Below, piece after piece: positions 7,614 through 16,449 of a stretch of 20,000 nt of DNA. The notes beneath the pieces were generated by a model that saw nothing but the letters and a program-made list of their open reading frames with translations, had not been told where the DNA came from and made no database searches. How positions within the stretch are numbered: position 1 is the first letter of the stretch; every line of letters begins with the position of its first letter. Source of the stretch: an uncultured virus (IMG/VR IMGVR_UViG_3300050821_004861) (lineage: Duplodnaviria > Heunggongvirae > Uroviricota > Caudoviricetes); the IMG/VR virus record IMGVR_UViG_3300050821_004861. One strand, written 5' to 3'. The position numbers and the translations under genes are program-made.

Positions 7614-10495
7614 GCGAATAAATCCGGTCCTTTCATCTTAGGTGGAGGTGGCGCGTCAAGAACGGACATCTTACCAAGAAAGATGATTCTAGTTATTAGA
7701 ATCATTCTGAATCCTCTTGGAATTCTTCCCTTGATAGCATAAAGACTATCACCTGGAACTCCTGTTTCTTCCATAAAAGGTTTACATTCTTCATAATCAT
7801 ACCTATCAATTTTGCATAGTATCTCATCTGTGTCGTCATGCACAAACAGATTTAAACTCCAAGATGGACCTTCTATTCTACGTCCATCCCTCTTTGCTAA
7901 TGAGTGCAAATCATTCTCATCCCGAGGCTGTATTTTCTTGACTAATCCGAATATTGAATGTATTCCATCTAAGCCTGCATACAGATCAATTATAGGCTCT
8001 GGCTTTGTAACGATATTCAAAGCTTTCAAATCTACTTTCTTGATTATATCAGCTATCGGAGTTAATGAATCTATCTTAGTTGATGCTGTTTCTAGCTTTG
8101 CCATAATGGCAGCAGTTAATGGGGCGCTACCAGGTTTGCGTGATTCCAATATCTTACGCACCGTAACTGGACCGACACCTTTGATATTCGTAAGAGGACC
8201 AACAAGGATTTTCTTGCCATCCTCTACTTTAATATTCCATCTGTCTGTAGATGCTTGAATATCTAATGGCTTATATTTGATACCTTCCATATCTAGTTCT
8301 CGAAGCAATCTGAGTTGCTTCATAGGCTCGTACTCATTATCTAATGTGGCTGCCGCAAACTCTACAGGATGATATGCTTTAAGCCAGCAACACCAATATG
8401 TTATAAGTGAATAGCTAAGTGCATGGCTAAGATTAAACGACCAAGCACCCATTTGAATTAGTTCTGCCCAAATAGTATCTGCCGTCTTTTGATCTAATCC
8501 ATTCTCAAGCGCACCCTTCATAAAAGGTTCGCCCAAAGTTTTCATTTCTTCTACGCCTAATGATTTAGACATAGCCTTTCTGATCTTAGTAACACCACGA
8601 AAATCCATCTTGCCTACGTCTCGACAAATGGACATAACTTGTTCTTGATAAACTACTTCGCCATATGTTACTTCCAAATATGGAATTAGCATCGGGTGAT
8701 GATATGTAGCTGGCTCTGTACCCATTCTTTTACGTGTCCAACGGACTGCTCCACCAGCAGCAACTGGACCTGGGCGCGACAAAGAAGTGATTGCTACAAG
8801 ATCACCTAATCTATCCGTATGAATAGATTGAAACAAAATCTGCAAGCTCTTTCCATTAGCCTGGAAGATACCAGAGAATTGTTTCTTGTTGAGTACGTCG
8901 AACGCTTTCTGATCGTCTAATGGGAGCGCCTCAAGAAAACCGTTTCTTGGTTCCTCACCTATTAACTCAAGAGCGCGCTCAAAAACGGATAGTTGAGATA
9001 AGCCCAATATATCAATTTTAAGGATGTTGAGAATTTCTGCATCATATTTGTCTGCCATGATTGCACCAGTCCTGCCATCAATAGCAACATAGTCCAATAC
9101 TTCACCAGAGGTAATAGCGATACCGGCTGCATGCTGACCAGCATTAGTTGCGTGATCTTCTGCTTCAAATACGGCGGATATTTCTGGATACTCATCTAAA
9201 AGTTTCCTTCCGATTTCTGTATCTGAGAAGGTTTCCTCGAATGATTGTAGCGCCCGAGAATCTTTTGATGATCGCTCGATAAGTGTGTCAGCTACCTTAT
9301 CGCATAGCCACTTTGGTATACCCAAAGTTTTACCGGCAGTATTGATGATACTTCTAGGCTTATAACTCATTACTGAGCCCAGCCGTGCCACATGATTGAA
9401 TCCATACTTCTGCCTGATATAATCAAAAACAATGTGACGCTTGACATCGCTGAAATCGAGATCAATATCAGGTAAATCAGCGCGCGTGATATCGATGAAT
9501 CTCTCAAAAAGGAGTCCAAATTTAATAGGGTTAACATTTGTAATACCAGTAAGATAACAGAGCAAAGAACCAGATGAAGATCCACGGCCCGGTCCTACTA
9601 TCATGTGTTCTTTGGCATAACTAACCAAATCTGCAACGATATAAAAGTAGTCTTGGAAATTCTTTTCAGTAATGAGTTTCAATTCACGCTCTAATCGCTC
9701 AGCATATACTGGATCATTTAGATCTATACCAAGTTTTGCTGCGCCCTCCTCACACATATCTCTGAGTGAGTAATTATGTGCTGGTCTAAAAATATCAGCT
9801 TTAAGCAATTTGGCATTGCATATATCCATTGCAAAGTCTCTGTTGACTATCGCACATTGCGCGTCAATATCAGATACTGCATATGGTAGCGCAGCTCGCC
9901 ATTCATTATCGTCTAGTATGTATTGTGGGTGTATAGATGATTCGGCATTATTTCCTATTAACGTATGATATGGAAGTTTGTCATCTGGATATGTAAAAAC
10001 ATTATCTGATGTAGCTATAAATTGAAATCCTTTGGCTTTTGCTTCACGAAATAAACCTATGGGAATGGATGGCGACAAGGCAATAAAAAAATACTCATGA
10101 GGATACACTTCGGACAGAAGCAATTTGTTATCAGCAATTTTGATTACATCAGTTGCAAGAATAGCTTCTTCATAAGAGAGAACTGGATAATAACCTGATT
10201 TAGATGTTGCATTCAACACTAATTCGTTAATGGTGCGGAGCTTGCTTGTGGCGAAAAAGGTCCAGTAAGATACCGGAGGTTTCTTCTGGCCTAGAATTGG
10301 GGTCACTCCAAGCTCTACACCAAACACTGGTTTAACTTTAACTTCATCACATAGTTTTTCCCAATCTGTAAAACCAAATGTGCTCAAACGATCTGAGATG
10401 GGCGCGGCTAGCCAGTTGAGTTGAAGCACCCGATTATGAACATCCTCAATCTTTCCGTATGCGTGACGGAAACTATATTCAGATTTGATGCGCAT
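7610..10495 (-). CDS. dnaE: DNA polymerase III alpha subunit-like (family C) phage polymerase
   Basis: GPGRGSSSGS, LLFERF, PDIDLDF, KIDILGL, YQEQVM, FNLSHALSY, HhH IKGVG and a C-terminal OB fold. Start moved to ATG 10495 (TAATG overlap with the upstream gene; MRIKSEYS is the PHP start). Confidence 0.96.
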   Translation of the reverse strand: MRIKSEYSFRHAYGKIEDVHNRVLQLNWLAAPISDRLSTFGFTDWEKLCDEVKVKPVFGVELGVTPILGQKKPPVSYWTFFATSKLRTINELVLNATSKSGYYPVLSYEEAILATDVIKIADNKLLLSEVYPHEYFFIALSPSIPIGLFREAKAKGFQFIATSDNVFTYPDDKLPYHTLIGNNAESSIHPQYILDDNEWRAALPYAVSDIDAQCAIVNRDFAMDICNAKLLKADIFRPAHNYSLRDMCEEGAAKLGIDLNDPVYAERLERELKLITEKNFQDYFYIVADLVSYAKEHMIVGPGRGSSSGSLLCYLTGITNVNPIKFGLLFERFIDITRADLPDIDLDFSDVKRHIVFDYIRQKYGFNHVARLGSVMSYKPRSIINTAGKTLGIPKWLCDKVADTLIERSSKDSRALQSFEETFSDTEIGRKLLDEYPEISAVFEAEDHATNAGQHAAGIAITSGEVLDYVAIDGRTGAIMADKYDAEILNILKIDILGLSQLSVFERALELIGEEPRNGFLEALPLDDQKAFDVLNKKQFSGIFQANGKSLQILFQSIHTDRLGDLVAITSLSRPGPVAAGGAVRWTRKRMGTEPATYHHPMLIPYLEVTYGEVVYQEQVMSICRDVGKMDFRGVTKIRKAMSKSLGVEEMKTLGEPFMKGALENGLDQKTADTIWAELIQMGAWSFNLSHALSYSLITYWCCWLKAYHPVEFAAATLDNEYEPMKQLRLLRELDMEGIKYKPLDIQASTDRWNIKVEDGKKILVGPLTNIKGVGPVTVRKILESRKPGSAPLTAAIMAKLETASTKIDSLTPIADIIKKVDLKALNIVTKPEPIIDLYAGLDGIHSIFGLVKKIQPRDENDLHSLAKRDGRRIEGPSWSLNLFVHDDTDEILCKIDRYDYEECKPFMEETGVPGDSLYAIKGRIPRGFRMILITRIIFLGKMSVLDAPPPPKMKGPDLFA

Positions 10496-10728
10496 TATAT
10501 TCCAAGTCCCCTTTCTACGAAGGTATGATCTATTGGGCCTAGACCATGTCTCTTTCTTATCCAATTACCAATATTTAATTTATTAGAATCATCTGTGCCG
10601 TATGTTGGCCTATCTCCATCATACCATTCTATAAAACATTCTTTGCAAATTCTATTGTCACCGTGCCACATTGATCCTCTAACATAATCAACTTCTCTTT
10701 CACAACAATCACATATTTTACTTTCCAA
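10495..10728 (-). CDS. Small CxxC...CxxC zinc-binding hypothetical protein
   Basis: CDCC and CKEC; overlaps both neighbours in operon fashion. Confidence 0.6.
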   Translation of the reverse strand: MESKICDCCEREVDYVRGSMWHGDNRICKECFIEWYDGDRPTYGTDDSNKLNIGNWIRKRHGLGPIDHTFVERGLGI

Positions 10729-10984
10729 GACCTGCTCCTTTTCGTTTGCAAATTTCCATCATTAAATACATTAACGCATGAGTTGGATCAGGTATTAATC
10801 CATGAGGATTAAACATACCAAAAGCAACACGACATGCTACTGACATACGCTCATTATTCCCGCCACGTCTTTCGTTATAATTTTTCATTGAATGTTCAAG
10901 CATATCAAGTGCTTCTTTCCAATTTTCTGGAACTTCTACCTCACGTCTATTGTGTTTTGATATATGATATTTTACATACTTCAT
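10718..10984 (-). CDS. Hypothetical phage protein
   Basis: ATGA-coupled to the exonuclease gene. Confidence 0.6.
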   Translation of the reverse strand: MKYVKYHISKHNRREVEVPENWKEALDMLEHSMKNYNERRGGNNERMSVACRVAFGMFNPHGLIPDPTHALMYLMMEICKRKGAGLGK

Positions 10985-11517
10985 AGCAAGCCTCGTTTGA
11001 ATAACTCAACAGCACATCTTACCGTTGCAGCAACATCAACATCTGCTCTATGTGAATCTTCAAACGCAGTACCAAACAACTCTATATGTAGATTTTTTAA
11101 TGAAAGTCTATACCCTTTCAAATGAATAGTATTGGCTACCAAATCTATTGTTGGAGGCCATCTAGGCGGTGGCGTATTATATCTTCTACATTCAAGTTCT
11201 ATCATATCCATATCGAAGCGCAAATTCTGCCCAATTAATAAGTTAGATGATCTTAGTATTGGAATAAGAAATGGCAATTCTAGTTCAATAGATTGAAAGT
11301 CTTTTACATAATCGTTAGTAAATCCTGTGATTTTGGTTATTTCTTCAGATATAGGTCTAGTTGGTTTGAAAACCCTATAATATAAATCTTGCATTTCACC
11401 CGTATCTGATTCAAAAGACTGGATGGCAATTGAGATGATTTCTGGTTGCGCATCCAGTTTGCGTGCTGGGTTGATGATTAACCCTGTAGTTTCAGTATCG
11501 AATACTGTAGCTTTCAT
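10981..11517 (-). CDS. DEDDh 3'-5' exonuclease (Pol III epsilon-like)
   Basis: ExoI VFDTETTG, ExoII QNLRFD, ExoIII HRADVD. Confidence 0.92.
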   Translation of the reverse strand: MKATVFDTETTGLIINPARKLDAQPEIISIAIQSFESDTGEMQDLYYRVFKPTRPISEEITKITGFTNDYVKDFQSIELELPFLIPILRSSNLLIGQNLRFDMDMIELECRRYNTPPPRWPPTIDLVANTIHLKGYRLSLKNLHIELFGTAFEDSHRADVDVAATVRCAVELFKRGLL

Positions 11518-11801
11518 TTGTCGAGTTTAAAAACCTCTTGTATTGGTCTCTGATTTTCATCATGTAACCTCCTTGGTCTAGGAGGAGGCTCTACCATAAA
11601 TTGTCTCATCATCCAAGAATGTAGGGTTGCATTTTCATTATCTGCTCGCTCTAGCCATTCGTTAGTAATTACTGCTGGTGCGCGACCGTATGTTGATTTT
11701 TTCTTTTTCATCCTTTCTAATTCATCTACAGTTTGCTTGAACGACATTGTTTTGATATCAAGAATAAGCTGTGCTCTCTTTACCTCGTTTTCATTTGCCA
11801 T
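11514..11801 (-). CDS. Hypothetical phage protein
   Basis: AAGGAG RBS; ATGA-coupled to the exonuclease. Confidence 0.6.
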   Translation of the reverse strand: MANENEVKRAQLILDIKTMSFKQTVDELERMKKKKSTYGRAPAVITNEWLERADNENATLHSWMMRQFMVEPPPRPRRLHDENQRPIQEVFKLDK

Positions 11802-11806
11802 AGCTG

Positions 11807-12094
11807 CTACTCCTTTGGATCGAACACTGCCAAACGCAACGCATACCCTGCCAAATCCAATAAACTATCAAAATCTCCTTTCTTTGAATATCTACTGAGT
11901 TTATCTATTATATAAATTAAGAATTTCATTCTGACTGCTGCCTCAAATGAGTTAACATGTATTCCTTCTGGAAACAGAATCATTAATATTTGAGCAGTTT
12001 TATGTTCATTGCTACCATACTCCTTCTCACGCTCTTTCATAATTTCTATTAATTGATTAGCTAACTCTATGGCACGCTCTGTTTCTGTTGTCAT
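11807..12094 (-). CDS. DUF6378/Nmad1-like small all-alpha protein (MazG-like nucleotide-handling superfamily candidate)
   Basis: ERxxEYG ... KLSR ... DSLLDLAGYA pattern. Confidence 0.6.
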   Translation of the reverse strand: MTTETERAIELANQLIEIMKEREKEYGSNEHKTAQILMILFPEGIHVNSFEAAVRMKFLIYIIDKLSRYSKKGDFDSLLDLAGYALRLAVFDPKE

Positions 12095-12537
12095 GCAAAC
12101 AAATCCTTTGGTCTTATGTTACGGATTTGCAGAGTTGGTATTCCTAATTTATAAAATTCAAGAATTGATTCTTCATTATCGTCAACAATAAAATGTATTT
12201 GATAAAATCTATCCTTAAAATGTTCTTTGATTAATCTAAGTTTCAATTCGCTGTTCTTGGTATAATCCTCGTCTGGGCGCATCAAGATTGTATTTATATC
12301 AATCCTATTTCGTACTAACCAACTAACAGTTAGTGTTCTGAACTTTTCTGGTCTCCCAGTAAATCCTACAATCTCGTAATTCATAGCAGAAAGAGAATTG
12401 ATTAAATTAGCTACGTTCTTAAATGGTTTGTCATATTTTCCGTTTTCGTAGTACTCATCCCAAGGCACAGTACCGATCATGCTGTCTCTCCAAAAGGAGT
12501 CAGCTACAGTATGATCAATATCTATAACTACAATCAT
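12091..12537 (-). CDS. HAD-superfamily phosphatase (PNKP phosphatase-domain-like)
   Basis: IDIDHTVAD (DxD), FTGRPE, MRPDED, IVDD. Confidence 0.85.
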   Translation of the reverse strand: MIVVIDIDHTVADSFWRDSMIGTVPWDEYYENGKYDKPFKNVANLINSLSAMNYEIVGFTGRPEKFRTLTVSWLVRNRIDINTILMRPDEDYTKNSELKLRLIKEHFKDRFYQIHFIVDDNEESILEFYKLGIPTLQIRNIRPKDLFA

Positions 12538-12719
12538 TGATTTATTAGGCCGTCCTCGTCAATCCAACCTGTATCCCAGGCTTGTTCATAAGTGAATTTT
12601 TTCTTGGTATAAGGATTGGTAAATCTACTCTCACCTTTCTGTCGCGCCACCTTTCCTTGCTGATAACACATTGATACATCTAAGGCGATTTCTTCTGCCC
12701 AACTAAGTTTGAGTTCCAT
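12534..12719 (-). CDS. Rmf/CrpP-fold small protein
   Basis: YQQGKVARQKG...NPY......AWDTGW resembles the RMF pattern G..A...G...PY......W..GW. Confidence 0.6.
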   Translation of the reverse strand: MELKLSWAEEIALDVSMCYQQGKVARQKGESRFTNPYTKKKFTYEQAWDTGWIDEDGLINQ

Positions 12720-13459
12720 TATAGTTCATTCGCTCCTATAATATCCAATTTCTTTACTATGTCAGTTTTTTCTTCAGATGTAAGTTTCTTGTTTTCATAG
12801 ATCATGTTCTGTAGATCTATTCTGGCTTTGAATGCATCATTCTTATAAAAAAGATAGAACCAAGGATATACTTTCTCAACCTCTATTACCATAGCATCCA
12901 TTACGTTTCTATACTCATCTTGTACACGTCTGCTGACACGTTTCCTTGTCATATTAACAAAGTTACGCATATTGATAGACATATTGATATTTGTTAGAAT
13001 ATTTGTTGGCAAGACACCTCGCGCATCTTCATTATGCACACCGTTATCTATCATTATTTTATAACTGGCAGCAATAGTTTCCATTGTATTTTTATAAAGT
13101 TCATTCCCTACAACTGATGGACCTGTAGCATATTCAAAATCTTCCATATTCACAATACGCATAGCTTGCTGAGCATATGATGCAGTTCTGGTGCGCACCA
13201 ATTGATGGGTGAACGCTCTTGTAACCTTCTCTATGAGGAATGTAAATTGAACAAATTCCCAACTAGATGGCAATGTGCCTGCTGCCAATTGAAGTTCTTT
13301 TAAAACCTCATAATCCGGTTTCGCTCGTATCTCATCGAGCAATCCTGGAGACATTTTAAGTCTTGTTGATCTAGTGTATGCAATGATATTAGCAGCATAG
13401 CGACCAGGATCTTCAGAACCCATACCTGTTCCGTCGATGAGTGTTACTTGCATATCCAT
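12719..13459 (-). CDS. thyX: Divergent flavin-dependent thymidylate synthase (ThyX-family) protein
   Basis: FTFLIEKVTRAFTHQLVRTRTASYAQQAMR, DARGVLP, NMRNF, RKR...QDEYR. Several canonical motif residues are substituted. Confidence 0.85.
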   Translation of the reverse strand: MDMQVTLIDGTGMGSEDPGRYAANIIAYTRSTRLKMSPGLLDEIRAKPDYEVLKELQLAAGTLPSSWEFVQFTFLIEKVTRAFTHQLVRTRTASYAQQAMRIVNMEDFEYATGPSVVGNELYKNTMETIAASYKIMIDNGVHNEDARGVLPTNILTNINMSINMRNFVNMTRKRVSRRVQDEYRNVMDAMVIEVEKVYPWFYLFYKNDAFKARIDLQNMIYENKKLTSEEKTDIVKKLDIIGANEL

Positions 13460-14325
13460 CCCTCTATCTTGCGAACATCTTGGATTAGATCATCTAGCAG
13501 TAATTTGGGTCGCCATGTTGCGTAGCGCCCCAAAGAATAGATACCATGATGTACTGTTGCCCAACGCATAAACGCTTTACGTTCTGCTTCATCTATCTCT
13601 GTTATTTTGAAGTATGGCTGTCTCTTAAAGTCAGCGTCGAGTACGACACAATCATATAAACCAAGACTATTATAAACAAGAGCCAAATCAATAAAATCAG
13701 GTATTTCAGTACGGTTTGGGAACTCAACAATGAGTTGATCCCCTGTAATAGTGGCGCGACTATATACTTCTGGACCTGGGTATAGAACTGAGACATAGGC
13801 ATCACAATCCAATATTCTACCTGTGAATACACAACCTGGAATACTATCAAAATTAATATCATGTTCATATTCTAACAATGCCATTAAAACTGGCATTGGC
13901 AATGTAGAGATAGCTTTAACTGGTATATCCGCTTTGTTTTTTAATGGATCAAATCCTGTTCCATAGCAGACATTAACATTTTCTGCCATTTGCTCTACTA
14001 AATTTTGTGGCGCTACATATCGTTCTTCTTGAATAGTACCCGCAATAATGGATCTATCTGATAGATATTTGCCAGTGCATTTTCTTGAATAAGAGAGACT
14101 ATCTGCCACTACGTTTCTAAATGGTTCATGAGTCTTTAACATATTAACTTTTTTAAAAGGTATTCCCAAAATATTACCTATTTCTGGAGTTCTAAACCGC
14201 AAGACTGCATGATGGTTATTTGGCAGTTTTTCTTGTTTTTCAAACACGGTTATGTGATGACGTCTTAGCATATTAGCTGCCAAGAGTCCTGACATACCAG
14301 CACCTATAATATGGATATCTGCCAT
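13444..14325 (-). CDS. FAD/NAD(P)-binding oxidoreductase
   Basis: N-terminal IIGAGMSGLLAA...VFEK Rossmann motif. C-terminal SLGRYATW resembles the GR motif of UDP-galactopyranose mutase / amine-oxidase-fold enzymes. Confidence 0.85.
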   Translation of the reverse strand: MADIHIIGAGMSGLLAANMLRRHHITVFEKQEKLPNNHHAVLRFRTPEIGNILGIPFKKVNMLKTHEPFRNVVADSLSYSRKCTGKYLSDRSIIAGTIQEERYVAPQNLVEQMAENVNVCYGTGFDPLKNKADIPVKAISTLPMPVLMALLEYEHDINFDSIPGCVFTGRILDCDAYVSVLYPGPEVYSRATITGDQLIVEFPNRTEIPDFIDLALVYNSLGLYDCVVLDADFKRQPYFKITEIDEAERKAFMRWATVHHGIYSLGRYATWRPKLLLDDLIQDVRKIEGWICK

Positions 14326-14331
14326 ATTTTG

Positions 14332-14886
14332 TTACTTCGGTTTGATAATGGCCTTCTTGAAGAAACGAAATCCCATCTTATCAAAAGGTGGGACAATGTT
14401 CCTTCTCAACTTCTCACGCAGGAACGCTTTGAACGTACTCGTATGGATACTCTCGAACTCATCGAAGTGTACCTGATTTTCTTCCAACAGTTTACGCAAA
14501 GCCATCGCATAAGAGTGTTGACCTCTAGTATAGTCAATCTCAAAATGTCTTTTGATAATTTCTGAGCCGTCGTTTTCTGCTACCCATTGAATAGCATACT
14601 CACGTTTCTCTTCACCCTTAGCTAAACTACCCTGGATAACATCATCTATGCTAATTTTGCCGCCGCCTGTCATTGTAAATTCTTCTGAGCCAGCAGCCAT
14701 CATAGCTCTAGGTAAATCTACTTCCTCAATTTGAGCAAGTTCCCTATTCAATTCTTTTAGGTGCGCCTCAACTTGTTCGATCTCAGCTTGCAACTCTAGG
14801 GCTTTACTTGCCCATTTCGATATGGATGATAATTGCTCTTCTGATGGCGCAACAAATCCGAACATATCACGGACATCGTCAGTCAT
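14332..14886 (-). CDS. Phage replication-region protein with N-terminal coiled coil
   Basis: GGAG RBS; heptad coiled coil; IHTSTFKAFLRE motif of a type seen in phage proteins next to SSB-like genes. Confidence 0.7.
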   Translation of the reverse strand: MTDDVRDMFGFVAPSEEQLSSISKWASKALELQAEIEQVEAHLKELNRELAQIEEVDLPRAMMAAGSEEFTMTGGGKISIDDVIQGSLAKGEEKREYAIQWVAENDGSEIIKRHFEIDYTRGQHSYAMALRKLLEENQVHFDEFESIHTSTFKAFLREKLRRNIVPPFDKMGFRFFKKAIIKPK

Positions 14887-15181
14887 TTTCTTTCTCCAAA
14901 ATTGGGGTAGCTGTAATCACACGTATCTCAGCTTCTTCTTCGGGAGTGATACCAGGCATTTGTTTGATCCAAGAACAAACAGCACAAGTATTTCTAGTAT
15001 CATCTGCCCATGTATATACATGACAATGACATACAGCGCAATCAAATTCTCTATAATCCACAATGTCCTCCTTCCACATTTTCAAATAGGCGCGCTCATG
15101 GAAGCTGCTTCCCACTTCCCAAGAATTAACCCTCGAAGCATAAGGGCCATTCATCCGATTTCTGTAACCGGATCGCGCCAT
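14879..15181 (-). CDS. Cys-rich hypothetical protein (start uncertain)
   Basis: CAVCHCH and CAVC; fills the gap in the operon. Confidence 0.55.
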   Translation of the reverse strand: MARSGYRNRMNGPYASRVNSWEVGSSFHERAYLKMWKEDIVDYREFDCAVCHCHVYTWADDTRNTCAVCSWIKQMPGITPEEEAEIRVITATPILEKEND

Positions 15182-15186
15182 AAATA

Positions 15187-15621
15187 TTAACCCTTGAGCC
15201 TGTCGTCTGTTCCACGTCCCTTTAATATATTGGACTGTAGGAACATGAGATCACAAATAGCACATGCTATGTGTGATAATCCAGTAGCAGGATCAATTAG
15301 TACGCCTTTTTGAAACTCAAAGATGTGGCGCTGCGTTTTGGCAAGAAGCTCAGTATAGGATTTTGGATTTTCAATCCAACCCCAAGCACCGTGCCTTTCT
15401 TTACCATACATAAGCGCACGAGACACTTCTTCAAGTGCGTCGATTGGAATTAATGTATGGTCTATTTTAACAGGTTCTGGCACAAGTTCAGGTTCCGGCG
15501 GTTGTTCAATTACAGGTGCGATAACAGGTCTTGAAAATCTTGTAGGTGGTCTATCCAATCTAAGCATGTTCTCAATTTCTTCTGTCGCTCTATTGACAGC
15601 TAGGCTTTCATTCTCTGTCAT
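15187..15621 (-). CDS. DUF5664-like (dATP/dGTP diphosphohydrolase N-terminal domain) protein
   Basis: KIDHTLIP..ALEEVSRALMYG..RHG.W.W...RH.......D..TGLSHIA.A...LMFL; AGGAG RBS. Confidence 0.8.
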   Translation of the reverse strand: MTENESLAVNRATEEIENMLRLDRPPTRFSRPVIAPVIEQPPEPELVPEPVKIDHTLIPIDALEEVSRALMYGKERHGAWGWIENPKSYTELLAKTQRHIFEFQKGVLIDPATGLSHIACAICDLMFLQSNILKGRGTDDRLKG

Positions 15622-15633
15622 GTTTTCTCCTGT

Positions 15634-16440
15634 TTAGAATGGTATATTTTCGCCCTTTGAAGGATTTACTCTCCCTTCAATAATAGGACCACTTTCATCC
15701 TGAGTCTGTTCGATATCAGGACGAACAACATTGGTACGAATATCTTCGTAGAATGACTTGCACAGTCTAATTAGTTGTTTGCTTGGATCAAGATCCATTA
15801 TTAGCTCACCCTTTATTGGTCTAAATGTATACCAATCTCCCTGTTCATTTCCATCACTAACAATATCAAGCTTCCAGGAGCGCCAAAAAAGAGGCGGCTT
15901 CCACAGCTCGTTATTAGGAAGTTGAACTGTCTCTGTTCGACAGAGTGTGAGCCATTTACGTGAATGTTTTAGATTGGTTGCCTTGAGTGGAAAAAATATC
16001 CTTGACCAAGTAGCGCCGTCTTGGATAAGGCAATACCACTGCGCTGTTTCTTGGATTATATTGCCACTAGGCAATACATTTTCATTTTTGTCATTTCTAA
16101 CAGTTTGTTTCAATATATTGGCATCGTCGCCATGATTATTAGCAAGACCACCTCTGTTCTTTGTCCATTCAATATAGTCTGTAGTAAAATGGCAAGGAAC
16201 AACAAGAACTGATTCCTTATAGATATCACCTGTCGCGACATTGCAGAAATCACCAATCTCCGCACCTTCGATATACTCAGCTTTCTTTTTATTCAATTGA
16301 GGAGATAGTGCTTGAAGAATAACTAGACGTGGAATAAGAACGTCCTTAGCTTTGACGTTCTCAGTTCCCATTCCTCCCAAGCCGAGGAGTTCATCATCTA
16401 AAGCCAGACTACCTTGGGGCTTCGTTTGTAGTTCATTCAT
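15634..16440 (-). CDS. Putative ssDNA-binding / recombination protein
   Basis: IPRLVILQALSPQ and KHSRKW motifs; C-terminal ENIPF tail like bacterial SSB DDIPF; AGGAG RBS. Confidence 0.65.
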   Translation of the reverse strand: MNELQTKPQGSLALDDELLGLGGMGTENVKAKDVLIPRLVILQALSPQLNKKKAEYIEGAEIGDFCNVATGDIYKESVLVVPCHFTTDYIEWTKNRGGLANNHGDDANILKQTVRNDKNENVLPSGNIIQETAQWYCLIQDGATWSRIFFPLKATNLKHSRKWLTLCRTETVQLPNNELWKPPLFWRSWKLDIVSDGNEQGDWYTFRPIKGELIMDLDPSKQLIRLCKSFYEDIRTNVVRPDIEQTQDESGPIIEGRVNPSKGENIPF

Positions 16441-16449
16441 GTTCCGCTC

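Noticed and set aside
10496..10564. N-terminal extension of DnaE from the ORF track (also the upstream starts at 5843, 17987 and 19019)
   Set aside because: These overlap upstream genes or promoters; the downstream ATGs have better RBS or translational coupling.
15187..15621. 2-aminoadenine (Z-genome) pathway
   Set aside because: No PurZ or DatZ in the window, and DUF5664-like proteins are widespread in phages without Z.
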